64,000 bases of DNA from Eukaryota sp. GEM-RC1 (GCA_040285855.1 JAUFOQ010000016.1:3224001-3288000), one strand, 5' to 3'. Positions 13,200-27,866 are shown, counted from the stretch's first letter. Program-made: numbers and translations. Notes: generated by a model not told the origin, from the letters alone.

Positions 13200-15003
13200 A
13201 AGAATTTGGCTTACATCTAGATTGGGGCGTTTCCTTTATTGCACCTTTTGAGACTATACGAGCAATTTCTGCAGAAGCTGACACTTTGAATGAAGAGATT
13301 GGTTTAAATCTAAATATTGAAAAATGTTTCGTTATAGGAAAACAACTTAATTTATTAACAATTCGTTCAACTGAAGTACCTTTTATTAATTATCTTCCTG
13401 ATTTCTTTATTTTTTCTTATTTTTTTCCAAAGCAAACTTTTATGGAACAAAAACACTAATATTACAAAATTGTTTCTTATTGGTAAAAAGGCAAAGTTCT
13501 GGAAATTAACAACTCTTAAAGTTCTTCATGCTCTAAATTTGCTATTCTGGTTTTAATCAATTTGAAGGACACATGTTCAGTTGCTTTGATTAACCAAATT
13601 CGACCAAATTCGGGATTGTTGTCCAAAGATCTTAATGGATCAGAACATTTTAGGACTTGCATTCATGATGCTGTCATAGATCAAATTCGTACAATGTGTA
13701 AGTCCCACAAAATCGAATCTTTGAAATCGATAATTCAAAAATAGTGATTCTGATAAGAGTTTTGGTAAAGAACGGCTGATGTCATGGTTCCATCAGTCAA
13801 TGACGAACTAACGGCTGTTGATGCGATTACTGTGGATGTTTGCAAAAAAAGGGCATTTAAGGATGCTAACAATGAAGTGTCTCCACTTGATTTTTCAGTA
13901 CAATACAAGAGAAACAAATATGATGTTCCCTTGACTACTCTCAAACATTCTAGACATGTTGAGTACGAATTATGTCCTTTTGCCATTTCAATTTATGGTC
14001 GACTTGGTAAAGAAGCTCTTTGTTTTCTCTGATGTTGAGATAGTTGTTAAAAAGAATGAACAAGAAATTTGACTTTCAGTTTTGCTTGACTTGTATTGTT
14101 CATCAAAGGATTTGGCTTACATCTAGATTGAAGACGTTTCCTTTATTGTACCTTTTGAGACTATACGAGCAATTTCTGCAGAAGCTGCCACTTTGAATGA
14201 AGAGATGGGTTTAAATCTAAATATTGAAAAGTGTTTCGTTATAGGAAAAGAACCTAATTTATTAACAATTCGTTCAATTGAAGTACCTTTTATTAATTAT
14301 CTGTCTGATTTCTTGATTGTTTCTTATTTTTTTTTACCAAAGCAAACTTTTATGGAACAAAAACACTAAAATTCCAAAATTGTTTCTTATTGGTAAAAAG
14401 GCAAAGTTCCTGAAATTAAAAACACTTAAAGTTCTTCATGCTCTAAATTTGCTATTCTGGTTTTAATCAATTTGAAGGACATATGTTCAGTTGCTTTGAT
14501 TAACCAAATTCGACACCAAAGACCTTCAATGGATCACAACATTTTAGGACTTGCATTCATGATGCTGTCATAGATCAAATTCGTACAATGTGTAAGTCCC
14601 ACAAAATCGAATCTTTGAAATCAATAATTCACAAATAGTGATTCTGATAATAGTTTTGGTAAAGAACGGCTGATGTCATGGTTCCATCAGTCAATGACGA
14701 ACTAACGGCTGTTGATGCGATTACTGTGAATGTTTGCAAAAAGGGCATTTAAGGATGCTAACAATGTCTCCACTTGATTTTTCAGAACAATACAAGAGAA
14801 ACAAATATGATGTTCCCTTGACTACTCTCAAACATTCTAGACATGTTGAGTACGAATTATGTCCTATTGCCATTTCAATTTATGTTCGACTTGGTAAAGA
14901 AGCTCTTTGTTTTCTCTGATGTTGAGATAGTTGTAAAAAAAGAATAAACAAGACATTTGACTTTCAGTTTTGCTTGACTTGTAATGTTCATCAAAGAATT
15001 TGG

Positions 15004-18000
15004 TAATTTTTTTTTGCTTCCTGTTCCATGGTCTCAATTTTGTCAAAACCTGCCAAGCCTCCTCCTAAAAAGGCAGGCTTCCGTCGTTTACCTAGAAAGT
15101 GTAGTGTTTGCTCGTCAACATGTCACGATAAGCGAAACTGCCCTGCTCGAAAAAACATGGATGATAGAGCTCTTTCTTTGTCTAAGTCACATGAGCATCT
15201 GCTTGCTTCCGATGTTCCGCTCTTTGATGCTACTTCTGCTGATTCTCCCTCCTTACTTTCTTCTGGTGTTTCTGCTCCCATTTGTCCTTTTGTCGGTCTA
15301 ATGCTCTGGGGAAAAACTCTGCTGGCAGACCCCTGCTATGCTGTGTGTCTTGTACTCCCTCTGACCCTGTTCGTCCTCCTTTGCCAATTCCTCTATCCAT
15401 TCATCCCTCGGTGGGTTCTTCTTTAGTTTCTGCTGTTAGAGCAATTACTTATCCTTTATTTAAGGGTTCGTGGAATCTCTCTCCTCTTTGGCGTTATTTT
15501 CTTTCCCGAGCAAAGAAGGTCAGAAACAAGTCTGTTTCCTCGTCATCTAATTCGGATAAAACCAAACGTAGTCTCTTCAGATCTCTTGTTTTTAGGGGCC
15601 AGTTCTCTTCGGCTTTATCTGTTTTGGATGGAACCTCCATTGCTGAGAACAGTATTGATACTGTTCACAAACTTGAACTGTTGCATCCTCTTGAAGAACC
15701 TTTAAACTATTCAAGTAATACTTCCAATTATTGGATTGATTCACCCATAAGCTCTGAGGAAGTTTTACTTGCAATTCATAAATCAAGATCTGGAAAAGCA
15801 GCTGGTCCTTCTGGTCTTAGCTTCGACCATTTAAAGTTATGTGTCAATCATTGCCCTGAAATTGCTGATGATTTAGCTGTTTTTTTCAATCTTGTAATGT
15901 TGAATCCAGCAAAATGTCCTGATGATTTAAAGACTAGTCGGTTAGTTGCTTTAGATAAGCCTGGTGGTGGCGTTAGACCAATCGCTATTGGTGAATGTAT
16001 TTCAAGATTGTTAGCATCGATCTGTTTTGGTAGAATCAAATCGAAGGCGATTGAATTCTTTCGACCATTTCAATATGGAATTGGAATTGTGGATGGCACT
16101 AATTGTGCTTGTCTAACAACTGATCTATTTTTGAATGATGATGTTGATAATTTTGTGTTAAACGTTGATTACAAGAATGCTTTTAATTGTGTTTTTAGAT
16201 CTGCAATTTATGATCAACTGGTGGAGCATTTTCCTGAACTTGTTCCATATTTTGAAGCGTTTTATGGAAGTCCTACTGATTTGATTTTTAACGAATTTTG
16301 TTTGAAATCGTCTCGTGGTGTGAAGCAAGGTGATCCTCTTGGCCCTTTTTCTTTTTTGTTTGCCTTTGCAGAAAGTGTTACGAGTTTTCCATAGTGAGTT
16401 TCCAGGTATAATGATTAATTCGTATGCTGATGATACTTCTTTGGTTGGCAAAATGCATACTTTGAAACCAAGTTTTGCTCGATTTGTTGATCTTTCTGGT
16501 CAAATTGGTTTGACAATCAATTTGAGCAAATGTGTTGTTATTGGTCGGGTGGATGACACTGTTTTGCATGAAGGTGTTGCTATTCCTTTTATTAATTATT
16601 CTTCTGATTGTATCAAGTTTCTTGGAAACTTTATTGGCAATTCCTCTCAAATTGTGAGTATGCTGGAGAAGAAGATTGATTCTCTTGATCAAAAGTTGAG
16701 AAATGTGTTAGATTTGAATGTAGGTAAACAAGTATCCTTTGCCACTTTGCAAGTTTGTTTTGCAGTTAAAGTCAATCATTTTTTACGTGGGTTACCTCCT
16801 GAGCTTACGGTAGACCTTTCTCGTCGTTTTAACGCTCTGAGAACAGAGTTTTTGTCAGAGCTGGTAGAGTCGAAAAAGCTTTCCATTCATCGTCATTCAT
16901 TTGCTGCTGTGAGATTTGGTGGAATTGGTTTTCCAAGGCTCGTTATATGCGTGAAGGTGCCTTTTTAGGATGTTTGAAGAATCTGCTGTATGAATTTAAG
17001 TTACGTTATCCCTTACTTTGGTCTAATGAAGATCTCATTCGATATTCGCCTTGTCAATGGCTTATATCACTTCAAAATCTTGTAGATGGTATGAACCCTG
17101 ATGTTTGGGAATCCTTGTTCCCTGCATCTGTGACGGAAACACCTCAACGTACGCTTTTTTCCCTTCCTCTTGGTGTTAGAAAATTTCAGAAGAAATTTGT
17201 ATCTTTCCATGAGAGCTTGGACTATACTAACTGCATTAGCTTGGCTAAAGTTAAAAGTCCCGCTTTCTGTGCATTTTTACAAGACATGAGTAGTGATTCA
17301 GCATCTACTTTCATTACTCAATTGCCAGGGAGATTTATTTTTAATCTAAAAAGATCATGAATGGCTTGTTAACATGAGACTTCGTTTAGGTTTTTGGCCA
17401 TTTGGTTTGTTACAGAACAGCACGTGTATCTGTAAAAACAAACATAAGGCTAGCTTTCATCATTTGGTCAATTGTTCAAAGTTCATATATTGTCGTTCAA
17501 TTTTGCACAACAGTCTTCGAGATACATGTTTGGAAATGTTTAAGGCAAATGGTTTCCATGGCAAAGTCGAACCATTACTTTCTCATCTTTCAGATCACCC
17601 TGATTCTACTCAGAAACGTGGTGATTTTATTGGCCCTTGGTTGTCATGCCAAGAAATTGTTGTTGATTTTACGACCGTTGATCCTTGCAAAGCTTCAGCT
17701 ATTGCCAACATTTTGAATCCCTCAAATGATCCGCTGAAAGACGCTGAGAACGCCAAAGTGTCTAAGTATGGACATCAAGTTGCTGCATTGAATTCACGAA
17801 GACACAATAATATCGTCTTTCAGCCTTTTGCAGTTTCATTGTACGGAAATTTCGGTTCTTCTACCAAGGAGTTTTTAAGTTTATTTGAAAATTTGTGTTC
17901 AGAACTTGGCAAGAAGTTTAACAGATCGTACTGGAAGAGTAAATTTGCTTTTTCGATTTTTAGGTCTATGTATAGATATGTTGATTCCATTTTGTCCAAG

Positions 18001-18121
18001 TTGTTTGGAGGCAACTACTTTTCGGAATTAGGTAGTTCGTTTGATAATTTGTTTTAATAGTGTTTATCTATTTGTACTTAACTTATTCATGTGTTTTTCT
18101 CCGCACATAAATCCGTTTTTT
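15004..18121 (+). mobile_element. Family B retrotransposon, copy 3 (ORF 15028-18057 with frameshifts)
   Basis: Near-identical to copy 1, with the same TSD and flanks. Confidence 0.93.
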
Positions 18122-19730
18122 AAGAATTTGGCTTACATCTAGATTGGGGCGTTTCCTTTATTGCACCTTTTGAGACTATACGAGCAATTTCTGCAGAAGC
18201 TGACACTTTGAATGAAGAGATTGGTTTAAATCTAAATATTGAAAAATGTTTCGTTATAGGAAAACAACTTAATTTATTAACAATTCGTTCAACTGAAGTA
18301 CCTTTTATTAATTATCTTCCTGATTTCTTTATTTTTTCTTATTTTTTTCCAAAGCAAACTTTTATGGAACAAAAACACTAATATTACAAAATTGTTTCTT
18401 ATTGGTAAAAAGGCAAAGTTCTGGAAATTAACAACTCTTAAAGTTCTTCATGCTCTAAATTTGCTATTCTGGTTTTAATCAATTTGAAGGACACATGTTC
18501 AGTTGCTTTGATTAACCAAATTCGACCAAATTCGGGATTGTTGTCCAAAGATCTTAATGGATCAGAACATTTTAGGACTTGCATTCATGATGCTGTCATA
18601 GATCAAATTCGTACAATGTGTAAGTCCCACAAAATCGAATCTTTGAAATCGATAATTCAAAAATAGTGATTCTGATAAGAGTTTTGGTAAAGAACGGCTG
18701 ATGTCATGGTTCCATCAGTCAATGACGAACTAACGGCTGTTGATGCGATTACTGTGGATGTTTGCAAAAAAAGGGCATTTAAGGATGCTAACAATGAAGT
18801 GTCTCCACTTGATTTTTCAGTACAATACAAGAGAAACAAATATGATGTTCCCTTGACTACTCTCAAACATTCTAGACATGTTGAGTACGAATTATGTCCT
18901 TTGCCATTTCAATTTATGGTCGACTTGGTAAAGAAGCTCTTTGTTTTCTCTGATGTTGAGATAGTTGTTAAAAAAGAATGAACAAGAAATTTGACTTTCA
19001 GTTTTGCTTGACTTGTATTGTTCATCAAAGGATTTGGCTTACATCTAGATTGAAGACGTTTCCTTTATTGTACCTTTTGAGACTATACGAGCAATTTCTG
19101 TAGAAGCTGACACTTTGAATGAAGAGATTGGTTTAAATCTAAATATTGAAAAGTGTTTCGTTATAGGAAAACAACTTAATTTATTAACAATTCGTTCAAC
19201 TGAAGTACCTTTTATTAATTATCTTTCTGATTTCTTGATTGTTTTTATTGGTAAAAGGAGGATGTTGTCAAAAATCTTGATGCTTACTTGATTTAGATTC
19301 AACAAGAGTTGGATAAAATCAAAGTTCTGGAAATTAAAAACACTTAAAGTTCTTCATGCTCTAAATTTGCTATTCTGGTTTTAATCAATTTGAAGGACAT
19401 ATGTTCAGTTGCTTTGATTGACCAAATTCGACCAAATTCGGGATTGTTGTCCAAAGATCTTCAATGGATCACAACATTTTAGGACTTGCATTCATGATGC
19501 TGTCATAGATCAAATTCGTACAATGTGTAAGTCCCACAAAATCGAATCTTTGAAATCAATAATTCACAAATAGTGATTCTGATAATAGTTTTGGTAAAGA
19601 ACGGCTGATGTCATGGTTCCATCAGTCAATGACGAACTAACGGCTGTTGATGCGATTACTGTGAATGTTTGCAAAAAGGGCATTTAAGGATGCTAACAAT
19701 GTCTCCACTTGATTTTTCAGAACAATACAA

Positions 19731-19973
19731 TTCAAGTTTTTAACTGATTTTGGATCTATGTGTAAGTCTCAGAATAAGAGATTTAATTTATCAATTTGGC
19801 ATAATCGTTTGATTTTTTCTTTGTTCCGTTCGGTGCCTAAGTTCTTTAAATCAATTTTCACAAAGTTGTATAAAGACTGTGGTACTGTTGACCAGGAATT
19901 TTCGGTGTCTAGTGTTTCATAGCTTTTATTTTATTATGATATGTATTTTTGTACCCTCCATCAATAAACTAAG
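19731..19973 (+). mobile_element. 243-bp 3' fragment of a third CRE-like family (C), copy 1
   Basis: 7-bp TSD aatacaa (19724-19730, 19974-19980). It translates FKFLTDFGSMCKSQNKRFNLSIWHNRLIFSLFRSVPKFF...SVS*, similar to the C-termini of A and B, followed by a 3' UTR with AATAAA. Confidence 0.85.
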
Positions 19974-20884
19974 AATACAAGAGAAACAAATATGATGTTC
20001 CCTTGACTACTCTCAAACATTCTAGACATGTTGAGTACGAATTATGTCCTATTGCCATTTCAATTTATGTTCGACTTGGTAAAGAAGCTCTTTGTTTTCT
20101 CTGATGTTGAGATAGTTGTAAAAAAAGAATGAACAAGACATTTGACTTTCAGTTTTGCTTGACTTGTATTGTTCATCAAAGGATTTGGCTTACATCTAGA
20201 TTGAAGACGTTTCCTTTATTGTACCTTTTGAGACTATACGAGCAATTTCTGTAGAAGCTGACACTTTGAATGAAGAGATTGGTTTAAATCTAAATATTGA
20301 AAAGTGTTTCGTTATAGGAAAACAACTTAATTTATTAACAATTCGTTCAACTGAAGTACCTTTTATTAATTATCTTTCTGATTTCTTGATTGTTTTTTAT
20401 TGGTAAAAAGGAGGATGTTGTCAAAAATCTTGATGCTTACTTGATTTAGATTCAACAAGAGTTGGATAAAATCAAAGTTCTGGAAATTAAAAACACTTAA
20501 AGTTCTTCATGCTCTAAATTTGCTATTCTGGTTTTAATCAATTTGAAGGACATATGTTCAGTTGCTTTGATTGACCAAATTCGACCAAATTCGGGATTGT
20601 TGTCCAAAGATCTTCAATGGATCACAACATTTTAGGACTTGCATTCATGATGCTGTCATAGATCAAATTCGTACAATGTGTAAGTCCCACAAAATCGAAT
20701 CTTTGAAATCAATAATTCACAAATAGTGATTCTGATAATAGTTTTGGTAAAGAACGGCTGATGTCATGGTTCCATCAGTCAATGACGAACTAACGGCTGT
20801 TGATGCGATTACTGTGAATGTTTGCAAAAAAGGGCATTTAAGGATGCTAACAATGTCTCCACTTGATTTTTCAGAACAATACAA

Positions 20885-21126
20885 TTCAAGTTTTTAACTG
20901 ATTTTGGATCTATGTGTAAGTCTCAGAATAAGAGATTTAATTTATCAATTTGGCATAATCGTTTGATTTTTCTTTGTTCCGTTCGGTGCCTAAGTTCTTT
21001 AAATCAATTTTCACAAAGTTGTATAAAGACTGTGGTACTGTTGACCAGGAATTTTCGGTGTCTAGTGTTTCATAGCTTTTATTTTATTATGATATGTATT
21101 TTTGTACCCTCCATCAATAAACTAAG
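20885..21126 (+). mobile_element. Family C 3' fragment, copy 2
   Basis: Same sequence and TSD as 19731-19973. Confidence 0.85.
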
Positions 21127-23136
21127 AATACAAGAGAAACAAATATGATGTTCCCTTGACTACTCTCAAACATTCTAGACATGTTGAGTACGAATTATGT
21201 CCTATTGCCATTTCAATTTATGTTCGACTTGGTAAAGAAGCTCTTTGTTTTCTCTGATGTTGAGATAGTTGTAAAAAAAGAATGAACAAGACATTTGACT
21301 TTCAGTTTTGCTTGACTTGTAATGTTCATCAAAGAATTTGGCTTACATCTAGATTGGGGCGTTTCCTTTATTGCACCTTTTGAGACTATACGAGCAATTT
21401 CTGCAGAAGCTGACACTTTGAATGAAGAGATTGGTTTAAATCTAAATATTGAAAAATGTTTCGTTATAGGAAAACAACTTAATTTATTAACAATTCGTTC
21501 AACTGAAGTACCTTTTATTAATTATCTTCCTGATTTCTTTATTTTTTCTTATTTTTTTTCAAAGCAAACTTTTATGGAACAAAAACACTAATATTACAAA
21601 ATTGTTTCTTATTGGTAAAAAGGCAAAGTTCTGGAAATTAACAACTCTTAAAGTTCTTCATGCTCTAAATTTGCTATTCTGGTTTTAATCAATTTGAAGG
21701 ACACATGTTCAGTTGCTTTGATTAACCAAATTCGACCAAATTCGGGATTGTTGTCCAAAGATCTTCAATGGATCACAACATTTTAGGACTTGCATTCATG
21801 ATGCTGTCATAGATCAAATTCGTACAATGTGTAAGTCCCACAAAATCGAATCTTTGAAATCGATAATTCAAAAATAGTGATTCTGATAAGAGTTTTGGTA
21901 AAGAACGGCTGATGTCATGGTTCCATCAGTCAATGACGAACTAACGGCTGTTGATGCGATTACTGTGGATGTTTGCAAAAAAGGGCATTTAAGGATGCTA
22001 ACAATGAAGTGTCTCCACTTGATTTTTCAGTACAATACAAGAGAAACAAATATGATGTTCCCTTGACTACTCTCAAACATTCTAGACATGTTGAGTACGA
22101 ATTATGTCCTTTGCCATTTCAATTTATGGTCGACTTGGTAAAGAAGCTCTTTGTTTTCTCTGATGTTGAGATAGTTGTTAAAAAAGAATGAACAAGAAAT
22201 TTGACTTTCAGTTTTGCTTGACTTGTATTGTTCATCAAAGGATTTGGCTTACATCTAGATTGAAGACGTTTCCTTTATTGTACCTTTTGAGACTATACGA
22301 GCAATTTCTGCAGAAGCTGCCACTTTGAATGAAGAGATGGGTTTAAATCTAAATATTGAAAAGTGTTTCGTTATAGGAAAAGAACCTAATTTATTAACAA
22401 TTCGTTCAATTGAAGTACCTTTTATTAATTATCTTTCTGATTTCTTGATTGTTTCTTATTTTTTTTTTACCAAAGCAAACTTTTATGGAACAAAAACACT
22501 AAAATTCCAAAATTGTTTCTTATTGGTAAAAAGGCAAAGTTCCTGAAATTAAAAACACTTAAAGTTCTTCATGCTCTAAATTTGCTATTCTGGTTTTAAT
22601 CAATTTGAAGGACATATGTTCAGTTGCTTTGATTAACCAAATTCGACACCAAAGACCTTCAATGGATCACAACATTTTAGGACTTGCATTCATGATGCTG
22701 TCATAGATCAAATTCGTACAATGTGTAAGTCCCACAAAATCGAATCTTTGAAATCAATAATTCACAAATAGTGATTCTGATAATAGTTTTGGTAAAGAAC
22801 GGCTGATGTCATGGTTCCATCAGTCAATGACGAACTAACGGCTGTTGATGCGATTACTGTGAATGTTTGCAAAAAGGGCATTTAAGGATGCTAACAATGT
22901 CTCCACTTGATTTTTCAGAACAGTACAAGAGAAACAAATATGATGTTCCCTTGACTACTCTCAAACATTCTAGACATGTTGAGTACGAATTATGTCCTAT
23001 TGCCATTTCAATTTATGTTCGACTTGGTAAAGAAGCTCTTTGTTTTCTCTGATGTTGAGATAGTTGTAAAAAAAGAATAAACAAGACATTTGACTTTCAG
23101 TTTTGCTTGACTTGTAATGTTCATCAAAGAATTTGG

Positions 23137-26100
23137 TAATTTTTTTTTGCTTCCTGTTCCATGGTCTCAATTTTGTCAAAACCTGCCAAGCCTCCTCCTA
23201 AAAAGGCAGGCTTCCGTCGTTTACCTAGAAAGTGTAGTGTTTGCTCGTCAACATGTCACGATAAGCGAAACTGCCCTGCTCGAAAAAACATGGATGATAG
23301 AGCTCTTTCTTTGTCTAAGTCACATGAGCATCTGCTTGCTTCCGATGTTCCGCTCTTTGATGCTACTTCTGCTGATTCTCCCTCCTTACTTTCTTCTGGT
23401 GTTTCTGCTCCCATTTGTCCTTTTTGTCGGTCTAATGCTCTGGGGAAAAACTCTGCTGGCAGACCCCTGCTATGCTGTGTGTCTTGTACTCCCTCTGACC
23501 CTGTTCGTCCTCCTTTGCCAATTCCTCTATCCATTCATCCCTCGGTGGGTTCTTCTTTAGTTTCTGCTGTTAGAGCAATTACTTATCCTTTACGTAAGGG
23601 TTCGTGGAATCTCTCTCCTCTTTGGCGTTATTTTCTTTCCCGAGCAAAGAAGGTCAGAAACAAGTCTGTTTCCTCGTCATCTAATTCGGATAAAACCAAA
23701 CGTAGTCTCTTCAGATCTCTTGTTTTTAGGGGCCAGTTCTCTTCGGCTTTATCTGTTTTGGATGGAACCTCCATTGCTGAGAACAGTATTGATACTGTTC
23801 ACAAACTTGAACTGTTGCATCCTCTTGAAGAACCTTTAAACTATTCAAGTAATACTTCCAATTATTGGATTGATTCACCCATAAGCTCTGAGGAAGTTTT
23901 ACTTGCAATTCATAAATCAAGATCTGGAAAAGCAGCTGGTCCTTCTGGTCTTAGCTTCGACCATTTAAAGTTATGTGTCAATCATTGCCCTGAAATTGCT
24001 GATGATTTAGCTGTTTTTTTCAATCTTGTAATGTTGAATCCAGCAAAATGTCCTGATGATTTAAAGACTAGTCGGTTAGTTGCTTTAGATAAGCCTGGTG
24101 GTGGCGTTAGACCAATCGCTATTGGTGAATGTATTTCAAGATTGTTAGCATCGATCTGTTTTGGTAGAATCAAATCGAAGGCGATTGAATTCTTTCGACC
24201 ATTTCAATATGGAATTGGAATTGTGGATGGCACTAATTGTGCTTGTCTAACAACTGATCTATTTTTGAATGATGATGTTGATAATTTTGTGTTAAACGTT
24301 GATTACAAGAATGCTTTTAATTGTGTTTTTAGATCTGCAATTTATGATCAACTGGTGGAGCATTTTCCTGAACTTGTTCCATATTTTGAAGCGTTTTATG
24401 GAAGTCCTACTGATTTGATTTTTAACGAATTTTGTTTGAAATCGTCTCGTGGTGTGAAGCAAGGTGATCCTCTTGGCCCTTTTTCTTTTTTGTTTGCCTT
24501 TGCAGAAAGTGTTACGAGTTTTCCATAGTGAGTTTCCAGGTATAATGATTAATTCGTATGCTGATGATACTTCTTTGGTTGGCAAAATGCATACTTTGGA
24601 AACCAAGTTTTGCTCGATTTGTTGATCTTTCTGGTCAAATTGGTTTGACAATCAATTTGAGCAAATGTGTTGTTATTGGTCGGGTGGATGACACTGTTTT
24701 GCATGAAGGTGTTGCTATTCCTTTTATTAATTATTCTTCTGATTGTATCAAGTTTCTTGGAAACTTTATTGGCAATTCCTCTCAAATTGTGAGTATGCTG
24801 GAGAAGAAGATTGATTCTCTTGATCAAAAGTTGAGAAATGTGTTAGATTTGAATGTAGGTAAACAAGTATCCTTTGCCACTTTGCAAGTTTGTTTTGCAG
24901 TTAAAGTCAATCATTTTTTACGTGGGTTACCTCCTGAGCTTACGGTAGACCTTTCTCGTCGTTTTAACGCTCTGAGAACAGAGTTTTTGTCAGAGCTGGT
25001 AGAGTCGAAAAAGCTTTCCATTCATCGTCATTCATTTGCTGCTGTGAGATTTGGTGGAATTGGTTTTCCAAGGCTCGTTATATGCGTGAAGGTGCCTTTT
25101 TAGGATGTTTGAAGAATCTGCTGTATGAATTTAAGTTACGTTATCCCTTACTTTGGTCTAATGAAGATCTCATTCGATATTCGCCTTGTCAATGGCTTAT
25201 ATCACTTCAAAATCTTGTAGATGGTATGAACCCTGATGTTTGGGAATCCTTGTTCCCTGCATCTGTGACGGAAACACCTCAACGTACGCTTTTTTCCCTT
25301 CCTCTTGGTGTTAGAAAATTTCAGAAGAAATTTGTATCTTTCCATGAGAGCTTGGACTATACTAACTGCATTAGCTTGGCTAAAGTTAAAAGTCCCGCTT
25401 TCTGTGCATTTTTACAAGACATGAGTAGTGATTCAGCATCTACTTTCATTACTCAATTGCCAGGGAGATTTATTTTTAATCTAAAAGATCATGAATGGCT
25501 TGTTAACATGAGACTTCGTTTAGGTTTTTGGCCATTTGGTTTGTTACAGAACAGCACGTGTATCTGTAAAAACAAACATAAGGCTAGCTTTCATCATTTG
25601 GTCAATTGTTCAAAGTTCATATATTGTCGTTCAATTTTGCACAACAGTCTTCGAGATACATGTTTGGAAATGTTTAAGGCAAATGGTTTCCATGGCAAAG
25701 TCGAACCATTACTTTCTCATCTTTCAGATCACCCTGATTCTACTCAGAAACGTGGTGATTTTATTGGCCCTTATGGTTGTCATGCCAAGAAATTGTTGTT
25801 GATTTTACGACCGTTGATCCTTGCAAAGCTTCAGCTATTGCCAACATTTTGAATCCCTCAAATGATCCGCTGAAAGACGCTGAGAACGCCAAAGTGTCTA
25901 AGTATGGACATCAAGTTGCTGCATTGAATTCACGAAGACACAATAATATCGTCTTTCAGCCTTTTGCAGTTTCATTGTACGGAAATTTCGGTTCTTCTAC
26001 CAAGGAGTTTTTAAGTTTATTTGAAAATTTGTGTTCAGAACTTGGCAAGAAGTTTAACAGATCGTACTGGAAGAGTAAATTTGCTTTTTCGATTTTTAGG

Positions 26101-26257
26101 TCTATGTATAGATATGTTGATTCCATTTTGTCCAAGTTGTTTGGAGGCAACTACTTTTCGGAATTAGGTAGTTCGTTTGATAATTTGTTTTAATAGTGTT
26201 TATCTATTTGTACTTAACTTATTCATGTGTTTTTCTCCGCACATAAATCCGTTTTTT
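23137..26257 (+). mobile_element. Family B retrotransposon, copy 4 (ORF 23161-26193 with frameshifts)
   Basis: Near-identical to copy 1, with the same TSD and flanks. Confidence 0.93.
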
Positions 26258-27866
26258 AAGAATTTGGCTTACATCTAGATTGGGGCGTTTCCTTTATTGC
26301 ACCTTTTGAGACTATACGAGCAATTTCTGCAGAAGCTGACACTTTGAATGAAGAGATTGGTTTAAATCTAAATATTGAAAAATGTTTCGTTATAGGAAAA
26401 CAACTTAATTTATTAACAATTCGTTCAACTGAAGTACCTTTTATTAATTATCTTCCTGATTTCTTTATTTTTTCTTATTTTTTTTCCAAAGCAAACTTTT
26501 ATGGAACAAAAACACTAATATTACAAAATTGTTTCTTATTGGTAAAAAGGCAAAGTTCTGGAAATTAACAACTCTTAAAGTTCTTCATGCTCTAAATTTG
26601 CTATTCTGGTTTTAATCAATTTGAAGGACACATGTTCAGTTGCTTTGATTAACCAAATTCGACCAAATTCGGGATTGTTGTCCAAAGATCTTAATGGATC
26701 AGAACATTTTAGGACTTGCATTCATGATGCTGTCATAGATCAAATTCGTACAATGTGTAAGTCCCACAAAATCGAATCTTTGAAATCGATAATTCAAAAA
26801 TAGTGATTCTGATAAGAGTTTTGGTAAAGAACGGCTGATGTCATGGTTCCATCAGTCAATGACGAACTAACGGCTGTTGATGCGATTACTGTGGATGTTT
26901 GCAAAAAAGGGCATTTAAGGATGCTAACAATGAAGTGTCTCCACTTGATTTTTCAGTACAATACAAGAGAAACAAATATGATGTTCCCTTGACTACTCTC
27001 AAACATTCTAGACATGTTGAGTACGAATTATGTCCTTTGCCATTTCAATTTATGGTCGACTTGGTAAAGAAGCTCTTTGTTTTCTCTGATGTTGAGATAG
27101 TTGTTAAAAAGAATGAACAAGAAATTTGACTTTCAGTTTTGCTTGACTTGTATTGTTCATCAAAGGATTTGGCTTACATCTAGATTGAAGACGTTTCCTT
27201 TATTGTACCTTTTGAGACTATACGAGCAATTTCTGTAGAAGCTGACACTTTGAATGAAGAGATTGGTTTAAATCTAAATATTGAAAAGTGTTTCGTTATA
27301 GGAAAACAACTTAATTTATTAACAATTCGTTCAACTGAAGTACCTTTTATTAATTATCTTTCTGATTTCTTGATTGTTTTTTATTGGTAAAAGGAGGATG
27401 TTGTCAAAAATCTTGATGCTTACTTGATTTAGATTCAACAAGAGTTGGATAAAATCAAAGTTCTGGAAATTAAAAACACTTAAAGTTCTTCATGCTCTAA
27501 ATTTGCTATTCTGGTTTTAATCAATTTGAAGGACATATGTTCAGTTGCTTTGATTGACCAAATTCGACCAAATTCGGGATTGTTGTCCAAAGATCTTCAA
27601 TGGATCACAACATTTTAGGACTTGCATTCATGATGCTGTCATAGATCAAATTCGTACAATGTGTAAGTCCCACAAAATCGAATCTTTGAAATCAATAATT
27701 CACAAATAGTGATTCTGATAATAGTTTTGGTAAAGAACGGCTGATGTCATGGTTCCATCAGTCAATGACGAACTAACGGCTGTTGATGCGATTACTGTGA
27801 ATGTTTGCAAAAAGGGCATTTAAGGATGCTAACAATGTCTCCACTTGATTTTTCAGAACAATACAA

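Larger units (their letters stand above)
3360..19090 (+). repeat. Higher-order repeat of about 4.92 kb (element B + two satellite monomers), about 3 units
   Basis: B starts at 5159, 10084 and 15004 (offsets 4925 and 4920). The intervening satellite dimers share diagnostic variants. Boundaries are approximate. Confidence 0.85.

Noticed and set aside
5159..26257. Telomere-maintaining head-to-tail retrotransposon array (HeT-A/TART-like)
   Set aside because: B copies are separated by satellite and bounded by TSDs, with no A-tails, telomeric repeats or chromosome end visible in the window.
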